A DNA stretch of 63,978 bases, filler included, from Ionaspis alba (Eukaryota): NCBI GenBank assembly GCA_964255285.1. It is 19 parts of 19 records of this genome, joined end to end, with 100 filler letters (N's around TTAATTAATTAA, not from the genome) between each part and the next. Parts side by side here need not be neighbours in the genome. Positions count along the whole stretch, not along the records: positions 47,888 to 51,094 come from CAXUUL010001221.1; positions 51,195 to 54,391 come from CAXUUL010001222.1; positions 54,492 to 57,686 come from CAXUUL010001223.1; positions 57,787 to 60,970 come from CAXUUL010001224.1; positions 61,071 to 63,978 come from CAXUUL010001248.1; 14 more parts are not named here. The stretch is one strand, 5' to 3'. The translations under genes and the position numbers were made by a program. Within the stretch, counting starts at the first letter, position 1, and the number at the start of each line of letters is the position of its first letter. Under the pieces are notes generated by a model, which did no database searches, had not been told where the DNA came from, and saw only the letters and a program-made list of their open reading frames with translations. Positions 48,508 to 61,266 of the stretch are shown in pieces.

Positions 48508-49462
48508 ATGGAATCTACTCCTCTTCTCCCACAAAACAACAAACCCTCTCATGATCACCCCATTTTCTTCCGAGTTTGTCATTCCCCTTGGATCTTCCTT
48601 GGCCAGAAGTCTCTCCTTCTCTGTCGTGCTCTTCTTGCTGCGTATATGGTGGCAATCGTGATTGTCACGATTCATTACGCAGCATTTCGCACCCACCATG
48701 GACAGCTATTCATTTTCTTTGCTGGCCAGATCAGCTACATCACCCAGACCGTGTATCATCTTGTCACCACGGTAAGCTTCTGTTCTGGTGCCGAAGTGTG
48801 CGAGCTGACCTGTTTTGGACTCCTTAGATCTGGACTCTTCAGCATCTGCGTTCTCCTCGTAGCCGCGGTCCTCCAGCAGAGGGCACTTTGGCAAAGATCA
48901 ATGAGTTCTTCTCTATTCCGCGGACGACGGACCGAAATACGAGGAAACGACTAGCCTTCTCGGTTTTCTATACCTCGGCCACAACCTTTCCATTCGTTGT
49001 AACCTTTGTATACTGGTTCGTTCTCCATGGGAGTGATGGTCATCCCTTTAAATTTCACACGATGACTGGTTTTATTGCCTACAATGTGTACTGTGTGAAC
49101 TCGGTTATCGCAATCGTGGAAACCGTTCTCTTGTCAAGCGTGCTACAGCAAAAGGTAACAGGGGAAGTCCTTCCAACGTGCAAATGCTTCACTAACAAAT
49201 TCTGTAGCCTTTCACAGGTCATACTGTCGGGCTGGTAGTCATTTGTGCGGTTTACTTCTTGTGGGCTGGCATTGGCCGCTTGGTCACAGGTCACTATATC
49301 TACAAGCAGTTGGATCCTGCATATGCTGGCTGGAGAGGACCAGTCGTATCTGTCGTCGTTACAATGTCACTTACGACAGCTATGTTTCTCCTCTCCTTGG
49401 GATTACACAAACTCAGGGAATACACAGCACAGAAATCGGACTGCCAGAGACGTGGTCATTGA
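48508..49462 (+). CDS. Multi-pass membrane protein (FAR-17a/AIG1 or rolling-stone-like), 3 exons
   Basis: About six hydrophobic segments across three ORF fragments joined by GT-AG introns; TFPFVVTFVYW and GHYIYKQLDP motifs. Confidence 0.7.
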
Positions 49463-50657
49463 TAATTGTCGACTTGGTGGGATACACCCGCCCTCTGGAC
49501 TACGAAAATCCAAGTTCAGCTGTTGAAGGTAGTGGTGTGGGGCAGTGAAATAAGTCTTCCATGGGTAACACGAAAGAACCTAACCAGCATTTTCTTTCTA
49601 TGTTCAGTCAAAGCCTTTGCATATTTAGAAGCCCTGGAGTACTCTTATTCAAAGTTCCCTCCTCTACCCTTATTGTTCTACCTTCGTGTCTGAACACAAC
49701 AAAGAACATTGATAGTCAATAGTCTATTCTTTTGACTGTTTTCAACCAAGACCATAGGTGCATTGCTCTGTGGAGTACCGTGCGTTAATCAAATGGAAGG
49801 TCCTGTTTACTATCCATCACATCAAGGCTGCCTCCGCACCACCAACCAATCCCGTTCTCCAGTGAGATGACTTACATCCTGCATCTCGCGACCATTCGGT
49901 CAGGAACATCTACAGTAGCACCAGAACGCCTGACTAGCAACACCAATGGTAATCCGATTTTCTCCTGTCTTTCTTAATGCAGATACAACGCGCTCTTGAG
50001 AACAATATATTCTGTTTGACAGCTTCGGCCCATGTTAACACATGTGACGATAGACACTCTTCACAATGGTAATGCTACTCATTCACTCATGGTAATTCTC
50101 TCTTCGCTTTAATTTTTCGCTCCCTACTTCACGCTTCTTGCTCAGAACTCATCAGTCTCGGCACTCTTCGTCACTCGATTACGAGTTACACTTGCTTCTG
50201 TAGCCTTAACTACCACTTATCTGCACTTGCAGCAATCTTCCACATCTTTTCTTGGATATATTATCTAACGAGCAAGCAGTGGACTCCACTACTCATCCAC
50301 TCTTAACGGGCTGCCTCGCTCGGTATTGATGGCCAGACTGATATACTCACTTCTCGAATTTCTGAACTTCTAGCTACACCTATGGTTCAACATACCTACA
50401 CTTCTCATAACCTATTAGTCTTTCACTCATCTTGAATGGGGATCAGGACGTCCATTCTCCGACATTGTCCCTCCAATTTGCACACGCATAAATGCTAGAT
50501 CCAAGTTGACCAAGACGATCATCCCGGCCTCGCGTTCTAGGCTCCTGGAAAGGAGCTTACGAAACAGTCGTGATACGCTACCATTTCCAACTCCGCGTTC
50601 CTCCTTCCGTCCCTCAACTCTCACTGGTGGTGAATAGACAACAGTCTCTCTGACCGA

Positions 50658-51094
50658 ATGTCCACCCTTTCACCATTTGAAGATCCGAGCTTGAAGCTGC
50701 ATCAGAGCAATGCTGAACCTGGAGAGTACTGGTTGATATGCAAGGAAGGGGAAGAGCCTTGGCCTGGGGTGCTTTGTGATGAAGAAATGGTGAGAGAGTT
50801 TATGAATAAAGAGCGACCGATCAACGCTCAACGTGAAGATGGTAGTTGGCACCCATACGTGCTTCCTCATGGTAAGCTAGCTGGTCTAAAGAATTTTCCC
50901 ATGCTCCGCCTTGGAGTGTTGACCTTGTAAGTAATCGCTGTTTCGTTAACTTTCGTCAAAGAAGATGAGTTATAAAATCATTACTCACTGGTACAGTTGC
51001 TGGAGCCCTTGCCATCGTCTGCAACCCATCGACTGGACTAAGGTCATCCGCAAACGAGACAATCCTGGTCTTTCACCTCAACTCTCACTGGCTT
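50658..51094 (+). CDS. Fungal PWWP-like domain protein, spliced, 3'-truncated
   Basis: WLICKEGEEPWPGVLCDEEM...RPINAQREDG...FPML.../CWSPCHRLQPID resembles a fungal PWWP domain. Confidence 0.55.
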
Positions 51095-51194
51095 NNNNNN
51101 NNNNNNNNNNNNNNNNNNNNNNNNNNNNNNNNNNNNNNTTAATTAATTAANNNNNNNNNNNNNNNNNNNNNNNNNNNNNNNNNNNNNNNNNNNN

Positions 51195-51970
51195 CCGTGG
51201 ATGGATATGAGCGGGCGTTTGCGACGAATCATCTAGGGCATTTTGCTTTTGTGACGGGCCTTCTGAGTAAGGATATAATATAAGTCGCGAGGCACGAAAG
51301 GCGACTGACCAAGAAGCAGGTCTGATTGAGGAGACGGCGGAATTACATGGCGACGCACGGATAGTGGTGGTTGGGGCAAAAGCTTACAAAAATGCCGGTA
51401 AGCTCGACTATGAAATGTTGACTACGGCATTGCCAACGGATGGGAGCAGGTGGTGGCATTATTTTGCGACGTGGGGTCATTATGGAAGAGCGAAGTTGGC
51501 GAATATATACTTCACGAGGGAATTGGATAGGAGGCTGAGGGAGAGGGGCGTGAGGAATGTTTATTGCAATGCTTGTCATCCTGGTAGGTGCTTCGACAGT
51601 CCTTATGTTGTTGCGAGCTGAGCTAAGACAAGGAGCAGGTGTTGCAGGTGAAACCGGTTTCGGAGAAGGAACGGTGGGGCCCAGATTTCGTTGGTTACAG
51701 CGTGCTATCAAGGAGACTTGTATCATGTTAGCAAACACAGTTGAGGACTCGGCGAAGACCCAGGTATGGCTTGCGGCGAGTAAGGACGTGAGGGAGAGAG
51801 ATATCCATGGGCAGTATTGGGTCCCGGTGTGGTCTTGGGCGAATTGGTATCTTAGATGTGAGGAAGAAGAGCCAACGGCTGTGGCGAAGGATGAGGTGGA
51901 GCAGAGAAAGTTGTGGGAGTTTAGTGAGATGGCGATGGTGAAGGCTGGAGCGGGAGAGAAAATCGAGTAG
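51195..51970 (+). CDS. Short-chain dehydrogenase (retinol dehydrogenase-like), 5'-truncated, spliced
   Basis: DGYERAFATNHLGHF, ARIVVV, YGRAKLANIYFTREL (YxxxK), NACHPG, and KLWEFSE. Confidence 0.9.
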
Positions 51971-52572
51971 AAAGCCTACTGAGTCCCACGCTATCATGGA
52001 CGTGCTTTAGATTTCGTGCAGAATCAGGTCCTTCAATCCTTGAGGGTCAATACGCGCCTATCAGGGGTGTGCTAGGATCAATGCAGAAGCAAATTGGACG
52101 TTGAACGTTAGAAACGCCCTTCGCGCCGCAGAAGGCTCAGGTGAGAGGCTGCAGCATCACCGCCAACCCCAAAAGCATGATTTTATGGATGGCTTGGCCT
52201 TCTCGAGTCAATAACGAAGCGGTTGAAGATCTTGAAATGTATTCTTAGACGCGAGTGGCGGGTTCTCAACCATTATCTACGATCTCGCTTGATCCGAAAT
52301 CTTCCCTTGAACCAATCAGGGGCATGAGCCGGACATCCTTCGATTTTCAATCCCTCAACCTCTTCACGCTCGTTACGAAAGCCCGTCGCAGAGCGCCCTT
52401 CGACAGACCAGAAGCAGACGCCGAGACGTCACTTTGACTTTGCATCTGACGATTGTTCTCTAATTCCTCTTTCTTGCGAAGCGATTGGCAGCACGACGGA
52501 TTAACGGTCGTGAGGCCGCGCGGGCTTCTTCTCTTTCTTCTTCACTTCTCCCATTCCTTTCGCTGCGCAACC

Positions 52573-54100
52573 ATGTTACTCCCCAAAGGTGGATTGACCT
52601 GGAAGTCGACGCAGGCACGGTTGCCGCCATCGCGAGCCATTTACAATTTTGTCTTTCGAACACGATTTCTGCTTCTTGTCGGCGTTGCTGGCATAATATT
52701 GCTTTTATGGCGCGGCGTAAGCACCTCCGCTGGAGATATGCAGAGGTACGCCTATCCAAAGCTTCGATGACATTTTCTGGAGAGCAGATCGTGGAACCTT
52801 GGCTGATTCGAGCTCTACGTACTCTAGATTCTACTGTTTCGGTCCTGCAAAATCACCAATGCATATGACGCCCAATGAACAAGCAGATTGGCATGGCCTA
52901 CAAACACCGGTCCTCTTCAACCACCACGCTCCACTTGAAATCAACTCGAGCACGATAGAACACATCAACCTGAACCCCATTGAGTCTACCAAGAAAGCCG
53001 TCGCAAATCGAGAACGAGTCCTAATCCTCACGCCCCTCCGAGACGCCTCTCCCTACATAAATAAATACTTTGATCTCCTCTCCGAACTTACATACCCCCA
53101 CAATCTCATCGATCTCGCCTTCCTCGTTGGCGACAGCACTGACGACACCATGGCGGTGCTTGCTGCTGAGCTCGACCGGGTCCAGAAGCGCACAGATACC
53201 ATTCCATTCCGCAGCGCCAAGATCGTCGAAAAGACTTTCGGTGTCACTCATATGCAAAACGTCGAAGACAGACACGGCTTTGCAGCACAAGCACCAAGAC
53301 GGATAGCGATCGCAAAGGCGAGGAACTACCTCCTCTATAGTGCACTACAGCCAGAGCACTCGTGGGTATACTGGCGGGATGTAGATATTCAGGATAGTCC
53401 CCGACCGATTCTGGAGGACTTCATGGCGCATGATCGGGACATACTTGTACCTAGTAAGGGCAGAATGATCCAATGGACGTGGCGTGACTGCTGATAAGTG
53501 TCACAGATATTTGGTTTCATCGTTATAGGAACGGCGCTGACATAGAAGGGAGATGTAAGCACAGCCCTCACTATTCTCCCCTCTCACCCCTCTGCTAACC
53601 AAAGTCCTCTCCTAGTTGACTATAACTCGTGGCAAGAGACCGATCAAGGACGGGAACTAGCTGCCACATTGGGCAAGGATGACATTTTGGTGGAAGGTAC
53701 GTCTATACAAATACAAGAAGATCGTCCTGCAAAGATCAGCATGCTCACACGTTCAACAGGCTACAAGGAGTACAAAACTGGCCGGAAATATATGGCAAAA
53801 ATGGGTGATTGGCGAGAGAACAAGGACGTCGAAATACCGCTTGATGGTATTGGAGGTGTTAATATCTTAGTGAAAGCAGATGTCCACCGATCAGGTATGT
53901 CTCTCTCGAAGGCGGAATACGTAAACCAACAAGATCCAACCTCTAATCTAGGTATCAACTTCCCACCCTACTCATTCGAGAACCAAGCCGAGACGGAGGG
54001 TTTTGCCAAAATGGCTAAAAGAGCCGGTTATGGGGTCTTTGGACTACCGAACTACGTCGTATGGCATATTGATACCGAAGAGAAACCAGGAAATGCATAA
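52573..54100 (+). CDS. ANP1: Mannan polymerase subunit, GT62 Anp1/Van1/Mnn9 family (Anp1-like), 6 exons
   Basis: TM anchor; ERVLILTPLR, TYPHNLIDLAFLVGD, ARNYLL, WVYWRDVD, LDGIGG, and ENQAETEGFAKMAKRAG...PNYVVWH. Confidence 0.88.
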
Positions 54101-54583
54101 GAGACGCTCCAAGCAACCTACAATTTACCACCTAGTGGCATTCCTTCGCTCCGGCTCTGGTCTTGGTATCTCTTGTACACGACCTGGAATAGCGCGATGA
54201 GACCAAGAGCGGAGCCGCTCAACGAAGCCACGAACTTGAACAGCATCCAAAAACCTATACTACATTAATGAAGGCCACCATCCGATCACCACACTTGGAT
54301 CGCCAAAAAATTCTTTCCATCACATTCTGGCGTCCGGGAACTGTATCTCGATGGGGGTCTGTCTTTTCGTTTTCTTCGTCATTGGCATGGGNNNNNNNNN
54401 NNNNNNNNNNNNNNNNNNNNNNNNNNNNNNNNNNNTTAATTAATTAANNNNNNNNNNNNNNNNNNNNNNNNNNNNNNNNNNNNNNNNNNNNGCGTTGCAC
54501 GAATCAACAGTGCTTCAATTTCTGTCGTGTATCCTACAGTTTCTTCTGTCAGCTTGACCAGAGAAGCTTGGTCTGTAGTAAGC

Positions 54584-56272
54584 ATGACATCTTTCCTTGG
54601 GCTAAGAACGCCAGCAGCACAGGCCGGGCAGACCATAACAAATGTAGCCGTCTGGCAGCCTGACCTAATTCTGGCACGGTTGGACCCACCACCTGGGTAT
54701 TTTGACAAGATCCATATTCCGAACCTTTTGGACCAGAATGGGAATCCTCAATTGGATCTTAATGGAGATCCAATTCGAGACTTTCCTTTCCTGCCGCGAT
54801 TCTTGCCAGCCGAAATCTCTGGTGCTGATATGGCCGCATATTTCCGGAAGTCTTTCTGGCTAACGCACAAGGACTTGTGGGCGCGACAGCCTACTGGAAC
54901 TCCATTTCCCAATGCTCTGCGCAAAAATGCGTTGAATATGAATCGTAAACGCCAGGGCGAACTTCCTTACAATGCTCGATCTTGGAGCAAGAAATACGTC
55001 AATCGACCTACCAGAACTCTCGTCACTCAGGCCGAGAAGTTGACTGATCAGCAGATCTCCTTCAACATTTCATGGACTATCACCCCTCAGGGCGTTCATC
55101 CGCCAGGAGACCCTACTTTCCTTACACCCTTGGCAGCGTTCAGTGGCTTTCTTCATAACCACCAGCCCCATGTTCCGTCCAAGGATATTCGCGATGCGAG
55201 GAGAGAAGCTCAACGTCTGACGCTCCTAGCGACACAACGAGGAAAGACCCATTGGTCTGAACTGGAGCAAGCCGATCTTCCTAAAGAATGGTTTGCGCGT
55301 CTCAAACCATCCTCAGAATCCAAACAACTTTCAGGATCAGAAATGTCACCCATGAACAGTCTAGACCGACCATTGGATGATGTCAAGAAGTGTGCTTTCA
55401 ACATAGGGAAAGCACAAAGCCTGTTGGCTGAGATAGAAAAGTTGGACGTAGAATTTGACATCAGATCCGAAGAAGAATGGCAGGAGAAAAAGCGATCAAA
55501 AGAGACCGGTGTGCAAAACAATAAGAGGCGTCGAGAGGACGAAGATGAAGACTATTCTCCTCCCGAGTTGGATAGTAAACCGCAGATAGAGGGCGGAAAA
55601 GAGCTCATGGATCGCATGACTGGCACTAGAAAACGACGTCGAGCTATTGATGCCAATGGTTCCAAAGACACCAAAAGCCACAAAACCACCAAGCCAGTCA
55701 AGGATAAAGCAGTGGCATCTGTATCTCGTAGGAGAAACACACATCGAATTCAAGATGGCGGTCCTTCAAACAGAAGTTCGCATCAACCAAGTACAATTGT
55801 TAGTCCCGACAGTATGGCGAAGGTTATTCAGACCCAGAGCAATAAACGACGTCGGGAAACCGATAACGACGTCATTTCCACTCCGTACAATCCGCAGAAG
55901 AGAGCAAAGGTCGAGCCTGATGTTACATTTGACTTGTACGAAAACAATGAATTTGGGGACTTACTCCAAGACATCTCTGGAGGCCAGCCGGGTAATCATG
56001 GGGATGAAGAGAATGAAGCGACTCTACCATGGCTTGATCCTGTTCAGGAGTTGGGAAGGCCTGACGAACAGGTGAGCGATAGTGAATGCTGGTCAGGTAA
56101 TACATCCACTGACATGTGCTATCTCAAGTACCCTTTCTTGCCTGATCCATCTCAGCCTTTGCCTGAGATCCCGCAAGGTCCTTTCCGACCCTATGCGGAT
56201 CCTCCAGATTCATTTATTGGACCAGGGTTTGAGATCGAAGATGTTAGTCACCTTCAACGTCATCTCGCATAA
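54584..56272 (+). CDS. Uncharacterised intronless protein (about 562 aa) with ordered N-terminal domain and basic, NLS-rich disordered C-terminal half
   Basis: Long ORF; IRDFPFLPRF...DLWARQP domain; several KRRR clusters. Confidence 0.75.
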   Translation: MTSFLGLRTPAAQAGQTITNVAVWQPDLILARLDPPPGYFDKIHIPNLLDQNGNPQLDLNGDPIRDFPFLPRFLPAEISGADMAAYFRKSFWLTHKDLWARQPTGTPFPNALRKNALNMNRKRQGELPYNARSWSKKYVNRPTRTLVTQAEKLTDQQISFNISWTITPQGVHPPGDPTFLTPLAAFSGFLHNHQPHVPSKDIRDARREAQRLTLLATQRGKTHWSELEQADLPKEWFARLKPSSESKQLSGSEMSPMNSLDRPLDDVKKCAFNIGKAQSLLAEIEKLDVEFDIRSEEEWQEKKRSKETGVQNNKRRREDEDEDYSPPELDSKPQIEGGKELMDRMTGTRKRRRAIDANGSKDTKSHKTTKPVKDKAVASVSRRRNTHRIQDGGPSNRSSHQPSTIVSPDSMAKVIQTQSNKRRRETDNDVISTPYNPQKRAKVEPDVTFDLYENNEFGDLLQDISGGQPGNHGDEENEATLPWLDPVQELGRPDEQVSDSECWSGNTSTDMCYLKYPFLPDPSQPLPEIPQGPFRPYADPPDSFIGPGFEIEDVSHLQRHLA

Positions 56273-57287
56273 TACACCAGCTGACTTGTACCAGATCGAC
56301 GGTGCTCTAGAAATGTTGAGAGAGTACGTGCCTGAAGTCTATTGGTGAACCATGGGAGTTATCGTCGAAGTATGCTTGATGGTTTGTTTTGAGAGCGTGC
56401 ATGCAAGTGTTTCTTCCCAGCATGCTTATCGACTTCATGGAGAGGAGAAGACTTGCTTATTTTGAAATCTCCGGACCTCCATAAGAGCATACGGTTCATT
56501 GTCGGATGGCAGTGATGAGAGTTGCTGTCTAAAGAGCTGATGATTGTTGGTAGACGATCAGCACTAGATAGATTTCTGCCCTTTGATGCATGCAGGGAGT
56601 TTGGTTGTATTTTATTTGAGAGTTAGAATTGATGCTTGCACTAAAAGTCGCTGAAGACTGTAGAATTTCCAAAGAATCTGCCTTGTAACCAATCTCATGC
56701 AACTAGAAGCATTGTCGAAATCTTGCAGCCTCGACTCCGCTCCCGAAATCTCACCGCTCAATCCCTATAGCATATCCCAGTTCATGTTTCCGTCATTATT
56801 CGGAATCGTGGTACTGCAACTGTGCACTCTTGCCTGTTCAAAATGAATGTTTTCCATGTTTCTGTCTGCTAGAAGTCCGGGGAGGTCGGTGTATTGGGTC
56901 TTTAGGAGAACGATATCTTGGCGAGAAATACAAGGGGACGTCGGGTGAGTCAGGAAATCAAGTCTCTTTAGAGCAAAGGAAAGAATCATCGTGACGGAGA
57001 GGGCTGCACGGAAACTTTTCGGCGTACTCGCGAAGACTGATGATCATCGGGAGGTATGATCACAAAGCTACGGTAGCTAGTGTTCGGGGGAAGAGGACTT
57101 GGTGTATAATCGAGCGGGAGCAGCTAGATCGGGATGCAAACTCGAAGACCTAGCTGTAGCATCGTACAAGAAGGCAAACACACTAGCTATGGATTGTGAC
57201 TTACAGCCACTTAAGGAATAATATATAAGAAAATGGCACATCTTCCCAACCGTAGCCTTGCTTAGAAGCTCTCGGGGTTTGCGCCAG

Positions 57288-57686
57288 CTACCACCACCTG
57301 CAATTTGTTATCAACCTCAGTATAGAAACCCACGCCAACAGTGCAAGAGCCCTTGAACCCCTTGGAACATCGGACGATCCACCACTACGATACGCAATTG
57401 CAGTTGCGACAGAGCCAGCGTCGATGAGACTGCCACTGCTCGTAGTTGCACTCATCGTCCGAAAGCCGATGGTGTGATTTGTGTATGGTGGGAGTATCGG
57501 TGTCGTTGGGTTTGGGGGTGGTACGAGCATGGAAGAATACCGGCTCCAAGTGCTCGAAGGGTTGGTGATAAGAGTGGTTGCCGTGGTACTTTTTGCTTGT
57601 ACTGTGTGAGAGACTGTGGATGTGAGTGTTGCTTTAGTTGTGGCTGTTGACGGACACAATACTATGGAACTCGCTGTAGTGTTTCT
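57288..57686 (-). CDS. C-terminal fragment of a Ser/Thr-rich, probably GPI-anchored cell-wall protein
   Basis: T/S-rich frame open to the contig end, ending in GGSS, a spacer and a hydrophobic tail. Confidence 0.55.
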   Translation of the reverse strand, partial: RNTTASSIVLCPSTATTKATLTSTVSHTVQAKSTTATTLITNPSSTWSRYSSMLVPPPNPTTPILPPYTNHTIGFRTMSATTSSGSLIDAGSVATAIAYRSGGSSDVPRGSRALALLAWVSILRLITNCRWW

Positions 57687-57786
57687 NNNNNNNNNNNNNN
57701 NNNNNNNNNNNNNNNNNNNNNNNNNNNNNNTTAATTAATTAANNNNNNNNNNNNNNNNNNNNNNNNNNNNNNNNNNNNNNNNNNNN

Positions 57787-58259
57787 ACAGAATGTGCCAG
57801 CTCCTGAGAAGACGGAGCCAGGACATGATGACACGTCAAGCCATACAGCCTATCTTTAGGACATGCTGGGTCCATGGCATCCTTGTAGGTAAGGATTCCA
57901 ATGACGATCCCCAAGGCACCGGTGATATTCCCGTTCTTCAAGCCGATGCTGGAACCGTTCTCCACTTCGTCCGAGTAACTCCAATATTGTAGTCTGGTTG
58001 TCTTGTCATATTCTGTATCGATTGCGCTTTGAACAAAAGCAACAGCGGGTCGAAACAAAATCTCAAGGTTGTATGGCTTCAGAATAGCCTCACAACGTTG
58101 ACGTACACTGCCCCAGTCGTAAACATATCCTTCTTGGAAGTAAAGGACTGCCTTTGGCCGCGGATCCTGATCTCGATGATGAGCGAAACCACACATCCGA
58201 AGCATAACAGCAAGACCAAATCCTTGCATATCAAACAATATTGAGGAAATTTGTTTCAC
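57787..58259 (-). CDS. Fragment of a fungal trypsin-like / Ssy5 (peptidase S64)-like protein, truncated; may be a pseudogene
   Basis: GSSIG...TGALG...LYGLTCHHVL matches the GTLG...TCHHV pattern; no clear ATG start. Confidence 0.5.
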
Positions 58260-58733
58260 GATAGATTCCTATCGAAAACTGTGGTGTCCTGCTGTAATGA
58301 GTGATGAGTATCATCCTTGATTGGTTAAACGGTCTGCCGAGATCGAGGAAGCTTACTCATTTATAGTTTCTCAACTTTCCATCTCCACAAAGTTTTCTGT
58401 TAACAGCTGCTATGTCGAGCTAAGAGCTCGTCCATCTAGAGGGGGTCATCAGAGTGCCATATCAAGAAAGTTGAGTATGCCAGGCCACTAGGTGCGATAT
58501 TTCTTCGGCAGACACCCCGATACAGGGTCAACAGATGTTGAAGCAGTGAGAGAGGAAAAAAGCGAGCTTTTATACCACTAGCTAACCTAGGCTTTGGTAT
58601 TGAGGTGGAGCTCAACATTTGGCTAGAAGCCGGGGGAGGTCTCCCTCAACACACGCTTAGGCGAAGATCAAAGCAAGAATTATTCACATCGGCTTGGCCA
58701 GTCAAAAGTCCGAAAAGGTTAAAGTTTTGGAAG

Positions 58734-59102
58734 TTAGAACCTTGATACCGCCCTCGCCCCAACCCAGATCCACCTCACCAATCTAATCACCAATCCCATG
58801 GCTACAAGCACGCCAAATACAGCACTGCCTTGGAAAAGCAGCGGCAGCAGCATCTTTCTGCTGATTATGACGACATACACGCTCCAAAGGGCAAGGAAAT
58901 ATCTGACGTAGTTTGGGTCGCCGGCGGCGAGGAGCTTAACGTCAGGTAGTCGTTCGGTGGGTATGAGGTAAGGAGTAGAAGGGCGGGGATAGTGACTGCT
59001 GTGGATTTCGTGGGTGGCTGTTGGCGGGCGGAGGTTTACTGGAGGCTTGAGGTTGAAGATGGGAGGGGTGGTGGAGGACTTGGAGCGGGGTTTGGAGGGC
59101 AT
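58734..59102 (-). CDS. Hypothetical small membrane protein
   Basis: ATG-initiated 122-codon ORF with Pro-rich N-terminus and hydrophobic C-terminus; may contain an intron. Confidence 0.35.
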   Translation of the reverse strand: MPSKPRSKSSTTPPIFNLKPPVNLRPPTATHEIHSSHYPRPSTPYLIPTERLPDVKLLAAGDPNYVRYFLALWSVYVVIISRKMLLPLLFQGSAVFGVLVAMGLVIRLVRWIWVGARAVSRF

Positions 59103-59706
59103 CGTTGGTTGTGTGGTGGTGTGCTGTTTCGGTGGGGATGGGCGTAGTGGTGCTGATGGTGAGTGAGATTGGTAAGTGAGGTCGTTGGGGGATGTGGTGG
59201 AGAGGACGATGAGGAGGGGGTTGCGCGTTGAGATGGTCTAGGTGAGTAGATGGTGTTTCCTCATCGTTGGGCGGTCTGCGGTCTTGAAAGGCGAAGTGCG
59301 AAAGGCGGATGTGGTGAATGTAAAGGTGCGAATAGAAGGTGGAAATCTCTGTGAAGAAAAGCAGGACGAGAACGCATTTCTGGTGTTCTGCACTGGAATG
59401 TGCCCCTCCCGGTGCGTCAACAATTCGCAAACAATAGTGATAGGACATTCAGCAGGGGTATAGAAATGGGACAGTGAGACAAGAACTTCCCACATATAAA
59501 AGCATCTTGTGAGAACGATGACGAGGGTCCCAGAGCTCTGCTGATTTCAGCTCGAACGGAGTTGAGCGCCATCACGAGCGTGTGTGAAAGCCCGAAAACG
59601 GAGAAAATCATATGTACTGTATCGTGCACTAATTCCAAGATGGAATTTTTCTATGCTAATATAGCTATTCTTCCTTTTAAAATGTGGACTTCGTGATGAA
59701 ACCACC

Positions 59707-60949
59707 TCATATCGGCACCGTAAGGGGACACATCGTCCTACGCACAGGTCAGCTCTAACACAGTCCAAGTTTTGCAACATGTTTCTTCTAGCAATACGAG
59801 AAGTACATACGAAGCACCACCATCAACCACAAGATTCGCACCAGTGATATAGCTGCTGAATCCACTTGCCAAGAATCCAGCCACGCGAGCAACTTCAGTC
59901 GGCATACCAGCACGTTCCAGGCCTATATATTCCTTTTGCGATTCCTTGGATTGTAGATTTGCTGGTGGTAGCTGCGATGTCATACCTCTCATATCGAACC
60001 CCTTGAGATCAACGCCGACATCGATTTGTCCAGGCGATACACAGTTGATTCGAACACCCGACCCCTTGAGGACTGCGACACCGGCTCTGACGACGCCTAG
60101 TGCGGCATGGGAACTCATGGTGTAGCAAGGTCCCCAGCATCCTTTTCAAAACAACGAGGAATCAGCAAATAAACTGTAACTAGGTGCTGTTTTGGACGTA
60201 GAGGAGTCTGTAAAGGAGAGGTGTTGGCTTCTGGCCCATGACATACCCCCATATGTACTAGCCACACTACTAACCACCACAATACTCCCATAAGCCACAT
60301 CCTTAGGTGCCGCATTCGGATAACTCCCCTTAGTAGCCTTCTTCGCCATAGCTGGTGGTGCATACTTCAGCGCAAAGAATGGCGCCATAGTATTCGCCTC
60401 GAAGCACTTCTGCATATCGCTCGGTGTAGTCATCCCGATCGAGGGCGGGCCCAGCAAGCCGGAGCTGCACACCCAGACATCCAGGCGGCCCCAGGAATTG
60501 AGCACTTCGTCGATGAGGGAAAGTGTGTCTTGCTCGTTGGCGAAATTTAAAGGGTAGTCGACGACTTTGGTGTTGGGGTTTTCTTTGTTGATTTCCGTAC
60601 TCAGGCTAGCGAAGTCTTCGATTTTGGAACGGGAACATGCTGGGGAGTTGTTAGAGTATATGAGGTATGTGGAGGAGGGAGGCTGACGGACCATAGATAC
60701 ATGCGGCTCCGTGAGCTTGGGAAACTGTTTTAGCGGATTGCACCTCTGTGTATAGGATATGCTCCAAGCTCACCGGCCAATTCCCTCACAACAGCCTGGC
60801 CAATGGGTTGAGTGGCACCAGTGACTACGCAAACAAAACCATACTACCAACATGACGCGTGAGAAGGGTCTGGAGAGAATTTGAAGGCAATCTCTTACCA
60901 GCTTCCCATCTGGCCTGTACGGAGAAAAGTACTCGGAGTCATTCATCAT
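59707..60949 (-). CDS. Short-chain dehydrogenase/reductase (FabG-like), multi-exon
   Basis: VTGATQPIG, WGRLDVWVCSSG, GSIVVVSSVAS, RINCVSPGQI, SSYITGANLVVDGG; last exon TMCPLTVPI*. Confidence 0.9.
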
Positions 60950-61266
60950 GGACAAGGCGTAAAGTTTGTANNNNNNNNNNNNNNNNNNNNNNNNNNNNNN
61001 NNNNNNNNNNNNNNTTAATTAATTAANNNNNNNNNNNNNNNNNNNNNNNNNNNNNNNNNNNNNNNNNNNNAGCACGTATAAACAAGCCCCCAGACCCCGC
61101 AATTGATAGGACCAATAGCCCCTTGGTCAATCGCACGCAATCCAATTGCCCATCTCTCCATTCAATTCTTCTCTCCCTTGTCCCCCAAAGTAACCCCTCT
61201 CCCTCCGGTCCAGATCCTAGCTCAAAGCTTTTCGCTACCACGGAATGAAAGCTGCAGTAGACTCAC

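Noticed and set aside
5527..53951. Several stop-free introns of 3n length (5527-5577, 13156-13230, 26520-26585, 53697-53759, 53895-53951)
   Set aside because: Five among several dozen short introns is roughly what chance predicts. It mainly means the ORF-track translations include intron-derived residues.
3421..61070. Regularly spaced TTAATTAATTAA repeats resembling a repeat array or element boundaries
   Set aside because: Always centred in N44 padding; a synthetic six-frame stop linker.
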